In this document: one piece after another, positions 12,986-25,284 of the stretch | Layout of the letters: every line of letters begins with the position of its first letter | Numbering within the stretch: the first letter of the stretch is position 1 | From: Anolis carolinensis | Lineage: Eukaryota | Assembly: GCF_035594765.1 (NCBI RefSeq) | Contig: NC_085843.1 | Coordinates: forward strand, 19,173,955-19,237,954 | Direction of reading: 5' to 3' | Length of the DNA stretch: 64,000 nucleotides | Translations under genes and position numbers: made by a program | Notes under the pieces: model-generated | Seen by the model: the letters and a program-made list of their open reading frames with translations, nothing else | What the model was told of the DNA's origin: nothing | Database searches by the model: none

Positions 12986-15117
12986 ATTATAAATACTGTA
13001 AATACATAAAAGAGACAGCAGGGGTCAATGGCCCTCCGACACCTGGTTAACACTGGGTATATATGCTAGTTGGGATAAATAAAAAAACAGAATTACACAA
13101 TCAATATTGAAGGAATCCCTAGAGACTATCTAGTCAAAGCCCAACCAGTAGAGCAATCTATGTCTAAAGAATTTCTTTAGGAGGTCACAATGCCCCTCAC
13201 AAGGGATCTTTCAGAATTGAATTTGTTGGCTTTGTGGAAGGCAAAGATGGGTCATTTTTCCAACAGAAAGTGACCGGAAAAATTATCAAGGGCAATATTA
13301 CATTCAGCATTATTTATTTATTTATTTAACTTTATTTCTACCCCGCTCTTCTCACCCAGCGGGGGACTCAGAGCGGCTTGCAAGTTTTGGCAAAAATTCA
13401 ATGCCAGTGTTATACAATAAACCCAAAACTCAACAACATGTGAATTACAATTAAAACCAAATAAAATATGTAACCAAATCTCAGCTATCATAAGGATTCT
13501 GCTAAAAGAGGGAAGGATTTGTCCTGAATGATGGCAGAAGTGAACCAGCATATGGGTAAAAAGAAACATCTTTGGTTTTTTTCAAAGGGCATTTGAATGC
13601 TACTTTGAACAGAACTTTGCATTGTTGTGCTATTTTCTTGTTAATATTCAGAACGTTTTCTTTAAAGAGGCAATGAATAAGTAACAAGTAATTTTGTGAG
13701 GTAATATTTTTTAAAAACAGTAATATTAAGAGTAGTAAATGATGTACCACATATTCACTTGGAATGATTTGTACAATGAATTGCCTTTAAAGTGTAAGTT
13801 TTGAAACTTACACCACTGCCCATCACAGTCTAGTCATAGTTCTTGCATCTCCTTTCAGGATGAAAAAAATGCAGAGAAGAAAAGCAGTGTTCTAATATTT
13901 CAATCCTTCCTTTTCAATAACCTTGACACAAGAGCAGTATGTTCATCAACTCTCTGGATTTCTTTCAAACTCCTGCAGAAATAATGAGTGTCAAATACAT
14001 GACACTCTCTTCAGACAAAGAAGCAATCAAGAGGAGAAAGCCATCTAGCTTTCTGTTTTCAGCTAGTAAGTGTAAAAATAATTACAATGGGCCAGATAGT
14101 GCATTGCAACCCCTCTATTGTGCTGCAGTGGAGGATGAAATGAAATCGCCAATGAGCAGCAAAGCCAGCAATAGCTGCTAAATATAAATGTTTGTTGTAT
14201 GACACAAAGAAACTGCACATAAACCCTTATGACAGCACATATATTTTTACAATAGGAGCTGGATATTTTAACTCTCTTCCCATACTTTGCAATTAAGTTC
14301 TTTCTAACACACATCTCATATCTAAATAATCAAACAAGCCACTCAACTGGAAGACAAACACTGAAACGAGAACTGCAACAAATTCTGAAGCCAAGGATCT
14401 ATTGAGGTAATACTGTAACAAGGTCTCATAATATTTGCAGCTACATTAACAGTTCTTTCATCTACTCATTGTAATATATGTTGTCATCTGCTAACAACTC
14501 CCTTCTATATTCTAACATGATATGCATATCAGTCAACATAGAGAAACCGACAAAATTTTGACCTCAGACGACGCAAAATTCAGAAAACTACAGGAGAACA
14601 TGTCAAACCTTTTTACAATCACTTAAGATATTGTTGCTGATCTCAAAGTGATCAATCTTGGACAAAGAAGCTACAGGTGTGAAACTGAAAGCTAAGGCTG
14701 TTCTCCTGCTGCAAGGACTGATAACAATACTCAGATATTTGTATTACCATAGCACTTTATAAGTTGTCATATTAGAGCCTTAAAGTAATTATCACAAACA
14801 GTATTTTGATATAGGCCCAAGTCTATACATTTCTTTTCACAACACACACACACACACATGCATGCCAACTGATGATACCTGTCCTCTAAGGATAATAATG
14901 CATCCATCTAAGGATAACCATAATATTAAGGAGAAATCTTTGAGCAATTTCAAGAAAGACTGGAATGTGTTTAACATCTTTTTGCACTAAAGATGAGGAA
15001 AAAAAATTCCTATTGGTTTTCCAACTTAGAGGAGTGTTATTAAAAGTAGAAAAGTGGTTATATAGGGATTTTTCAAGGAAACAATATATTGAGAATAAAT
15101 CAGTATTCTGAACATAC

Positions 15118-15201
15118 CATCCAAGATGGACATATTTTTTAAAGGAGAAGCCAGGGGCTTGCTTGTTCTACTGCTGTTCATTTGGGCTTGGCCAGCACTT
15201 C
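15118..15201 (-). CDS. MRE11: MRE11 exon 16 (...KNMSILD)
   Basis: 84 nt, AG/GT bounded, phase 1/1. Confidence 0.9.
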
Positions 15202-16992
15202 CTGTAGGAAAAATAAAGGTTATTCAGATATTTACATGTCTTCACTTATCCATCTATTAGAAAGCTAATGTGGTAAAAGCAAGGTTTTGTATCTCTTAAT
15301 TTCTATTGCAATGTTTGTTTTCAGATATAATGACCAAGGGTTTGTCTTTAAACCCTAAAACTTTAAAACCTAAATCTTTTAATTGTCTCACTAACTTAAT
15401 AGTACTTTAAAGAATTATTAAATATAATTATTGTTACTGAAATCTGTAAGCTATTTAAAATATAAGTAAATAGAAATGAAACTCTTAATTTAGTTCCTTG
15501 CTAAACAATTACTAGAGCAACAATTTTTTTCATTTAAACCTTTAAATTTTCAAAGAGCTACTATAAGTTCCTTCAAGACTATGATAGGGTAAGACAACCT
15601 GGCACCTGCGAGATGTACTGGACAATATAACCCATAATAATCCTTGAGCAACCCTTTGGTCCTTTTGTCCATAGCTTATGGAAACTGCAGTTGAAAATAT
15701 CTAGATGGCTCTGCGTTGCCTTCTCCATAGCGTATGAGTGGTAAGTTTTTTAATGTCTGTCTTTTGAGAAACAGCATGGCATGTTATAGCATGGCTGATC
15801 TATTTTCAGCAGACTAAGCTAAGAGACTACAGAAGTCACTGGTAAGGAAGCATGAATTGTCACTTGTTGGGTTATCTAAGCAATCATGCATGCATTTTCA
15901 ATGTGGGATGGTTTATGTAGTTAGTTATGTCTGTTGCTTAGTAACCTGAGCCAAGCTGCATTCCAGAGTTGATGACACCATTTCGGGGGTTTTGCATATG
16001 AAATGGGAAATGGGAGTATCCTTTCTGGGGACACACAGGAAGTGATGTACAGATGCCTCTTCCTGTCTCTTCTTCTTCGCTCCTGACCATGCCATGCTGA
16101 TGTTCCTGTCTGTTAAGAGATATGTAGTTTCCTGAACTGTTTTTCTTTGGAACTAAGATGTTTTTGCCTGTATGACCATCATCATACAAGATTGTGAGTA
16201 AACATATTTTTGCTATTTTATTTGATGTCTCTGATGCTTATTTTATGCGCATGACTTTTTAAAGGGAAAGGGAGGCTGGATCTTATTGTTTATTTTCTTT
16301 TTACCTCTGCTCACATAAACCCCTAGTCTTCTGCATTTTTACTGCTCTGCACTAATATTTAACCATATTGGGATCATAATCTTAACCGGTTATGAAAATA
16401 TATTCCTATTATCACTGAAATAAGGTCCTCTTAAGAAAAACCAACATTTAGAAATACCTGCATTTAAATGAGGGCATAACTGTAATTTCTACCTTTGCTC
16501 AGAAGGTCATTCCACCTACAAGGAAGGAATCCCTGAGTCCTGAAGCCACAGAGCAACTGAGCATTGGTTTATTGCCCTTTGTTCTCATGAGCTGTGAACA
16601 CTGACAGTTCTCTGAGAAGCACTATAAAAACATTCCTCCGAATTCATTGGTGTTAGGGACACAGGATCCCATGAAAGTGAAAAATCACAAATAAAAAAAC
16701 TTAGTATTTTTTCCTCTAAATTTTCCAGCATGACTCTGTGGTTAATTTCCACCAGAATTTGACCATAAATAGAATCACACTGGGGAACCTAAAGGGGTGT
16801 TTTCTCTATAAGTGCAACTCTCCTGTCAATTTCCACTGGAGGGCCTAGACTATGAAAGAAAACATTTTTATTAAATACACACAAAAAAATCAATTCTGCA
16901 AAAGGCAACCCCATAAATGGGGAGGACTAACTGTACAAAAGGCAGCAGCTGTTAAGCGAATGACTAATAAAATATACCGGTAAGTCACAGAC

Positions 16993-17215
16993 CTCCTCTT
17001 CCTCGTCGGGCTCCTCCTCGAGCTGTAGGATTCTGGCCCCGTCCACCCCTCCCGCGGCTTCTCCCTCGGCCTCTGCCTCGGCTGGACACAGAAGCATCAT
17101 CTGAATCTTCATTTGATTTCATTTCATAGCTTAAAGCCTCCATCAGGTCGTCATCACTAATAAAAGAAGCATCATCATCACGTTGAGACCTGTGGGCTTT
17201 TGCCCTGTTTATAGC
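16993..17215 (-). CDS. MRE11: MRE11 exon 15, GAR (RG-rich) domain
   Basis: Translates AINRAKAHRSQ...SRGRGRGRSRGRGGRGQNPTARGGARRGRG; 223 nt; donor G|GTCTGT gives phase 1, matching exon 16. Confidence 0.92.
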
Positions 17216-17783
17216 CTAGAAGAAATGAAACAAGCAATGTTTAAGGAATATTCTTACTTTTTTTGGAGGGGGGGGCACAATGTTTAATACAGTATCTGCC
17301 TGGGAGAATCAAAGCTAATTCTGCACAGAAAAGAAAAGGTGAAACTTCCAAGAATGTAGTTAATTATTCCTTATGACATGAGATGCCAGGAGAAACAAGC
17401 ATACAAAAGGGAGAACAATAAACATGAAAGAAAGAAACATTGTAATATTAATTTTGGAAACTGCTGAATATCGATGTTCTCTCTTTTTCTTAAAGAAATG
17501 TAAGTCAATTAAGCAAATATATGTGTTGGCCTGGTCTACTAAAACCTCTCCTTTTATTCTATCTGATGCTGAAACAGACTAATCCTATGGCCCTTATCCA
17601 GGCAAACAATCCACATTTGGTATAAACACACAAGACAGACAAGTGTACCAGTTATTTTATGCCCAGGTCTAATTTCAATTGTGCTCAATGAATCGATTAC
17701 AGGCAACAGTTTCAGGTGCAGAGCCTTCACTACATGTAGAGGCTCTTCATATCTAATTAGAACTCCAGAAAATGGAGGTTTAC

Positions 17784-17846
17784 CTCACGAACTTCTTCAT
17801 CCTCTTCCACTACATTCTGCTTTCTTGATTCTCTAAAGCGCTGCAC
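17784..17846 (-). CDS. MRE11: MRE11 exon 14 (VQRFRESRKQNVVEEDEEVRE)
   Basis: 63 nt, AG/GT bounded. Confidence 0.95.
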
Positions 17847-18720
17847 CTGTATCAAAGTAGTAACAGTACAATTAATTTTTTCCCAAGTTAATACAAAAGC
17901 CTTCCCATAGAAGGCTAGATTGGTCTCCTCTCTGCTTTCCTTCTACATGCCTTTCAATATAGGACTTTTGTCAATGGTTGCAGAAGAAACTTATAAAGGA
18001 TGCTGCTGTAGTTCTACCCTCATTGTTATATTTTATATTGTTTTAACAGGGAAAGTCTGTTTAATTTTTAAAATTCTTTTGATTATCTTGCTTAGTTTTC
18101 AATTGTATTTTGCATTAATCTGATTGGGGACACCTTGGTTCCGATCCTGAAAGAAGGGTGGGATACAAAAACGATGCAACTAAGGAAGTGTTTTAAGCTA
18201 TGAGCAAAACAGCCACATTCAAGAGATCTATTGTATATGCTCACGTATAAGTTTCGAAATTTTTATTTTAAAAATTTACCCAAAAAAGTTCTAGGTCAAT
18301 TTATCCACAGTTCAATGTAATTACTGTACCTAAAAGAGCCATCCATTTCCCTGAGCAAAGTGGCAAAAGATAAGAAGAAGCACGAATCCCCTCAACTTTC
18401 ATCCGTTATATTGCTTCTGGCACTTCTGAATGCCTTGATGGGAAATGTCAGCAGCACTAACTGGCATCCTGAGACTATGCTAGCACTTCCCCATCTTCAT
18501 AGAAAGACCCTTGACTTATCCATGGGTCATAACAAAATCCATATTTCTGGCTCCTCAAATGGTCCTCTATTTATACATAAGATTGACCTATACATAAGTA
18601 CATACAGACTGGTTGTTGTTTGACATTTTTGCCTGTGGTAAGATATATATTATAGATTCTAAAGTCCACGTGAAATGCTCCAAAGCCAAGTGACTGTTGA
18701 GGCAAAACACTTTCATATTG

Positions 18721-19559
<839 letters not shown>

Positions 19560-19883
19560 TCACATGTATTTACAAAAGACAGTATGAGCAGTGGCATTAT
19601 GTGTTAGGAACTAATTAAACCAGGTAAGTTAGAATTTATCTAACAAAAGGGGCAACTTAATAAGAAATTTCTTTAGCTGGAACTATTTCAGTTGGACTTT
19701 CAGCATTACTTTAATTTTAGAAGTACTCAGTTGAATTAAGTTATTTAAACAGTCATCCCTCCACATTTGCTAAGGTTAGCGGCATGGTGAAAGTGAAAAA
19801 AAGAAATATAATGATAATAAAACTTTATTTGTAACCCGCCCTATCTCCCCTAGAGGACTTAGGGCAGGTAACAGTAAAAAGAC

Positions 19884-20989
19884 TGTCAAGAGTCAGACGC
19901 CAGTTAACATACAAAACAAAGTTTATTCCGAAGATAAGCCAAAAAATAACATAAACACAGGAAATATGCTTGAAACACTTCACTTTTCAGTGTTTTGAGA
20001 GTAGATCGGACAATAACAACTCAAAAACGAGCCACGCTAATTCCCCATGCTGGCATTCAATAAAAAACTAAATAACGCTTCAATTCAGCTTTGGAAAACA
20101 AATAGTGTTAATTGCTGGAAAATAAACAAACTAGAAAAGCAGTAAAGCTGCTTCCATGGTGCAGATAAGCCGGGAGCCTCAAAGGGATGATGAATAGCCG
20201 TCGTCAGAAGAATCCAAGGTCAGGTCAGGAGGCAGCAGAAATTCCGAAAGACAAACCAATAGTCAGAAGCCGGGAGTAGCCGTCAGTCAGAGGACGTAGA
20301 CAGAAGCCAGGTCAAATTCAATCCAAAGTCCGAAGAGGGTGCAGTCATCCAAAACAGGTCCACGATAAGACACAGCGAGAGCCAAGCTAGATGATATCAG
20401 CAGATTCAAATCATAGTCCGAGTCCAGTCTTCATGGAAACACAGAGATCCCAATGGCGCCTCAGCAACACCTTGCCACACGCAAAGTGCAGTGGCCAAAC
20501 ATTCCCATTTTATTCCCCTTCCTCCTGGGTGACCAAACACTCACACCCAAACACCAGGTGTCCCAAATCTACTCAGAGTCTGAACTCCACACAGCTAGAG
20601 CTCGTGGATCTGGAGTACCTAGCAATTCGTCGGAGTCCCAATCATCCTGCCCACACTTAGCCCTATGAACACTTAAAGAACCATCCTCCCTTCTCCAAGC
20701 ATCCCAATTGGGATCAGCTCCTGCAGAAACCCCAGGTTCAGAAGTATCCATAAGCCCCAAATCCCCAGACATCTCCGGTGGCTGTGCCCATTCAGTGCCT
20801 GCTTCCCCAGCCACCACCTGTTCCTCAGCATCCATCTCCCCATCTGAATCTTCCTCAGAAGATCCCCCATATAGCTCTCTAAGTCGCTTCCTGCGCAACT
20901 CCTCCAGTGAACCCTCATCACGAGGGTTTTTTCTTCCTCTTCGAATTCCATCACCATCAACCATAATCCCCGAAGGCGCAGTCACAACA
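19884..20989 (-). repeat. 3' LTR
   Basis: Direct repeat of 25285-26390, preceded on the minus strand by the polypurine tract GGGGAGGGATAG (21001-20990). Confidence 0.97.
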
Positions 20990-22582
20990 CTATCCCTCCC
21001 CGCAAAGGCCCCACCCACTGGAATTAATGTGGGATCCGAGACCTCTGTAATTACTGAGGGCCTGTTACATGATGTGTCCAGTTTCAGTAAAGACCGGTGA
21101 AACACCGGATGAACCTTCAGCGTGGAAGGCAATCGCAATTGAAACGCCACAGGAGAGACCTTAGTAACAATGGGGAAAGGACCTAAGTACCGAGCCCCAA
21201 ATTTCCCCGCATGCGTCCTGATATGCTTAGCAGACAACCACACCATGTCCCCTTCTATCAATTCCACTCCAGGCTGACGATGTTTGTCAGCTTGTGACTT
21301 TTGCGTTGCTTTAGCTTCCACCAGAAGCTTCCTCGCAACGTCTTGCAAGGCCTTGAGTTCACTGGAACGATACACTGGATCCGGCGACACAATATTTTGC
21401 GCAGGCGCTACTACTCCACGTGGATGGCAACCATACATGATTTCAAAAGGCGAGTATTGGCTAGCGCTATGTGTCGCCGCGTTATACGCAAACTCTGCCA
21501 CCGGTACCCATTGAACCCAATCCCCAGCTTGCTGCAAACAAAAACAGCGCAGATACTGTTCTAACAGACCGTTCACCCGTTCAGACTGCCCATCAGTCTG
21601 CGGATGGAATGCAGTAGAGACGTTCAGTTTAGTTCCAAGCTGCGCATGGAACTGTTTCCAAAATTGTGAAACAAACTGCGGCGCTCTGTCCGAAACAATA
21701 ACCTCTGGAGCCCCGTGCAGACGGAAAATATGGCGCACAAATAATTTGGCCAACGTTGTAGCCGCCGGTACTTTAGAGCATGGGATAAAATGAGCCATCT
21801 TGGAAAACAAATCAACCACCACCCAAATACAAGTGTAGCCACCCACCCTAGGCAAATCAGTAATGAAGTCCATGGAAATAATCTGCCAGGGCTTTTCAGG
21901 GACTGGCAGAGGCGACAATAGACCACAGGGCCTACCTACTGGATGTTTACACTGTAGACAAATAGCACAGCTATCGCAGTATTTTAAAATATCCTGCCTC
22001 ATCTTGGGCCACCAATAATGACGAGTAATGGCTTGCACAGTCTTAAACCTGCCAAAATGTCCCGCAGTTGGCTCATCATGATATGCTTGTATGATTTCCA
22101 AGCGTAGTTTACCAGGCGGCACGAAAATCTGCCCATTACGTGATAACACCCCGTCCACATCCTGTAAATTAGGCAGTATAGTTCTCATATCCTGAGAGAG
22201 CAATATCAACTGCTCCTGTGTCCACCTATCCTCTTTTTGAGAAGGCAACACCCGTTCATGAAGATCCTGCCTGTCCTGTACCACATTTAACACTGAAACA
22301 GGTAAAATGGTTTGTTCAAGAAGGATTTCAGCAGTTTTGAACTCAGGCTTCCTAGAAAAAGCATCAGCCCTCAAGTTCTGCTTCCCCTCTACAAATTGTA
22401 CCCTGAAGTCGAACCTGGAAAAGAACAATGCCCACCTAATTTGTCTCTGATTCAGTTTCCTTGCAGTTTGCAAATGTTCCAAGTTTTTATGGTCAGATAG
22501 GACCACTATCTGATGTTTTGCCCCCTCCAACCAATGCCTCCAAACTTCGAAGGCCACCTTGATCGCTAGCAACTCTTTCTCC

Positions 22583-22854
22583 CATAGAATCATAGAATCA
22601 TAGAATAGTAGAGTTGGAAGAGACCACATGGGCCATCCAGTCCAACCCCCTGCTAAGAAGCAGGAAATCGCATTCAAAGCACCCCCGACAGATGGCCATC
22701 CAGCCTCTGCTTAAAAGCCTCCAAAGAAGGAGCCTCCACCACGGCCCCGGGGAGAGAGTTCCACTGTCGAACAGCTCTCACAGTGAGGAAGTTCTTCCTG
22801 ATGTTCAGGTGGAATCTCCTTTCCTGTAGTTTGAAGGGTGGAATCTCCTTTCCT
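22583..22854 (-). mobile_element. 5'-truncated CR1 LINE nested in the Gypsy RNase H
   Basis: (ATTCTATG)n tail; ORF2 end RRFHLNIRKNFLTVRAVRQWNSLP...LEAFKQRLDGHL; splits pol EQNY...WEKELLAI. Confidence 0.93.
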
Positions 22855-24413
22855 GTAGTTTTGTTCAAACGCAGTGAGTTGTCTAGAATAGAAACCACAA
22901 GGTCTTAATCTACCAGACGGGTCCTTCTGCGAGAGTACTGCTCCCAGAGCATAATTAGAAGCATCTGCCTCAACAATGAATGGTTGGTTCACATTTGGAT
23001 GTACTAAAATGTTCCCATTCTGAAAACTACATTTCAGTTGTTCAAAAGCCTTCTTGGCCTCCATAGTCCATTCGAACGGACGCTTCTTTTGCAAGAGTTG
23101 GGTTAACGGCACTGTCAACTGTGCAAAGTGCGGAATAAACTCCCTATAGTAGTTGGCAAAACCCAAAAACCTTTGTACATCCTTCTTGGATGTTAATTCT
23201 TGCCAGGTATTGACAGCGTCCACTTTTCTCGGGTCCATTTTCAGTTCCCTCCCAGATATAACATGTCCCAAAAACTCCACCTCAGACACATGGAAAACAC
23301 ACTTGGAGGCCTTAGCAAATAACCCATTTGCCCTGAGCCTGGACAACACTTGACGCACATGTTCCCCATGTTCGCGAGCGTCTTTCGAAAAAATCAATAT
23401 ATCATCCAAGTAAATCACCACAAATTTGTCTAAAAGGTCCCGGAACACATCATTAATAAATCTTTGAAATACCGCTGGGGCATTACAGAGCCCAAACGGC
23501 ATTAGTAAATTTTCGTAAGCGCCGAAACAGGTGTTAAACGCTGTCTTCCATTCGTCCCCTTCCTTTATACGCACCAAATTATAAGCCCCACGCAGATCTA
23601 ACTTCGTAAAGATGGAAGCTCCCTGAACCCGAGACAACAACTCAGGGATTAGAGGCAAAGGGTACCTGTCCCGAACAGTGTACTTGTTTAGCACACGGTA
23701 GTCGCACACCAGTCTCAAGTCGCCTGTCTTTTTTGCCACAAAAAAGACTGGAGCGGCCGTAGGCGAATTAGAAGGTCTAATGAAACCCTTCTGCAAGTTC
23801 TCATCTAAGTATTCTCTTAAAGCCTGTCTTTCAGGTAGAGTAAGTGCATACAACCTGCCTGCAGGCAACTTAGCACCTTCCACCAATTTGATCGCACAAT
23901 CATAAGGCCTATGTGGTGGTAATTTATCCGCTTCCTTTTGGCAGAACACATCCCAGAAGTCCTGATAACAAGATGGAACTCCCTCCATATCCCCACCAAC
24001 TTCATTTAGGGTTAAACACACCGGAGGGTCCAAACTGATAGTTCTGCGTACCCAATCCACCCGAGGATTGACCTGTGCCAACCAGTCCATGCCTAAAATG
24101 ACATCATATCTAGGTAGTGCAGTGACATCAAAAGTTAACATCCCCTTCTGCCCTTGCACTTGCCAGGTTACACCCGCTGTTTCTTGATCCACCATCCCGG
24201 AATGTAACAACCTTCCATCAGCACCCTCCACCCAAGCTGTGACTTTCTTCTTCACAATTGGAATTTTATTCTTCTCCGCAAAGCTTTGGTCTACGTACGA
24301 AACTGTAGACCCTGAATCCAAAAATGCCTGGGTACTAACTGGTCTCTGACCCATTACACACAATTGTATGGCCACAAACACATGCTTATTCCCCCTAGGC
24401 AATTGCATCATAG

Positions 24414-24459
24414 GCCCTAATGCGCTGGATTCATGGCGCATTAGGGCTGCCCTTTTCCC
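24414..24459 (-). promoter_or_regulatory. -1 programmed ribosomal frameshift signal (gag-pol)
   Basis: G GGA AAA slippery heptamer in the gag frame, 5-nt spacer, then a perfect 12-bp stem GCCCTAATGCGC/GCGCATTAGGGC with a 10-nt loop; pol is in the -1 frame. Confidence 0.88.
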
Positions 24460-25238
24460 GGCAGCTGAGATGGTTTTAGAGTGCAACCATGAGCAAAATG
24501 CCCCCCATTTCCACAGTACAAACACAACCTTAATCGTCTGCGTCTGTCTTTCTCCTCTTGGGACAATTTGCGTTGCATCCCAAGCTGCATGGGTTCTTCC
24601 CCAGAGTTCACAGAAGCACTAGCATGATACTCCACTACTGGAGTCCCACGAGTCTTCTTTCTGAACTCCATTCGAGCCTCTATCCTACGAACTTTGGTTA
24701 CCAGCTCATCCCAATTTTGAGCTGGTTCCACATGAGACAGCTCATCCTGTAAACATTCATTCAACCCAGCAGTAAAAACCAACATAAAAGCATGTTCTCC
24801 CCAGTCCAGTTGATGCTTAAGCAAATTAAACTTATTCAAATAATAAATTAAAGACCCTTTACCCTGCTTTAACCGATATAAAGCCCAACCTGCATTTTCC
24901 TTTTGTAAAGGATCTCCAAACGTCTCATTAAGAGCTGCCTTAAAGTCCACCAAATTATTCTTAATTGGGCTATTGCCCCTAATTACATTGACTGCCCAAC
25001 GCCCCGCTGGCCCAGTTAATAAACTTAAAATAAATGCAACTTTGTTAGTGTCTGTAGGAAACGAAAGATCAGATATTTGCAAAAAATATAAGTCCACTTG
25101 AGCCAAAAAAGTTGGTAGTTTTTCTCTGGTCCCGTCAAAACGTTCAGGCACAATGACCTGTCCTTTAATCTGCTGTGCCCTCTTTAAGGCTACCAATTCC
25201 AATTCCAAAGTGGCCAGCCTGTCGTCCAGCCCAGCCAT
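24441..25238 (-). CDS. gag: Retrotransposon Gag (sushi/PEG10-like capsid plus CCHC zinc knuckle), 265 aa
   Basis: PERFDGTREKLPTFLAQV, LKQG...YLNKF, EEPMQLG and CLYCGNGGHFAHGC; intact ORF. Confidence 0.95.
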   Translation of the reverse strand: MAGLDDRLATLELELVALKRAQQIKGQVIVPERFDGTREKLPTFLAQVDLYFLQISDLSFPTDTNKVAFILSLLTGPAGRWAVNVIRGNSPIKNNLVDFKAALNETFGDPLQKENAGWALYRLKQGKGSLIYYLNKFNLLKHQLDWGEHAFMLVFTAGLNECLQDELSHVEPAQNWDELVTKVRRIEARMEFRKKTRGTPVVEYHASASVNSGEEPMQLGMQRKLSQEEKDRRRRLRLCLYCGNGGHFAHGCTLKPSQLPGKGQP

Positions 25239-25271
25239 GTTGACTTGGCTCTCTCTGTTGTTGTTGTTTAG

Positions 25272-25282
25272 GCGTGTGGCAA
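25272..25282 (-). promoter_or_regulatory. Self-priming primer-binding site (not tRNA-type)
   Basis: TTGCCACACGC lies 2 nt after the 5' LTR and is the exact reverse complement of GCGTGTGGCAA inside the LTR (25883-25873). Confidence 0.85.
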
Positions 25283-25284
25283 TC

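Larger units (their letters stand above)
20569..24459 (-). pseudogene. pol: Retrotransposon Pol (protease, RT, RNase H, integrase, acidic tail), interrupted by a CR1 insertion
   Basis: LDSGS protease, YLDD RT, ADASNYALGAVL RNase H, HHCC plus D-D-E integrase and GPF motif. ORFs 22711..24525 and 20569..22677 are in the same frame, separated by a TAA inside the CR1. Confidence 0.93.

Noticed and set aside
13850-14800. Repeat-poor intronic stretch with SOX/homeobox-like words, a possible conserved enhancer
   Set aside because: Short motifs are expected by chance in AT-rich DNA. A multi-species alignment is needed and cannot be run here.
16927-17112. ORF-track peptide AEAEAEGEAAGG...
   Set aside because: Wrong frame of MRE11 exon 15; the real frame encodes the GAR domain.
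20391-21100. Plus-strand and alternative-frame ORFs repeated in both LTRs
   Set aside because: They recur only because the LTRs are duplicates, and they are shadows of the open pol frame with no recognisable domain.
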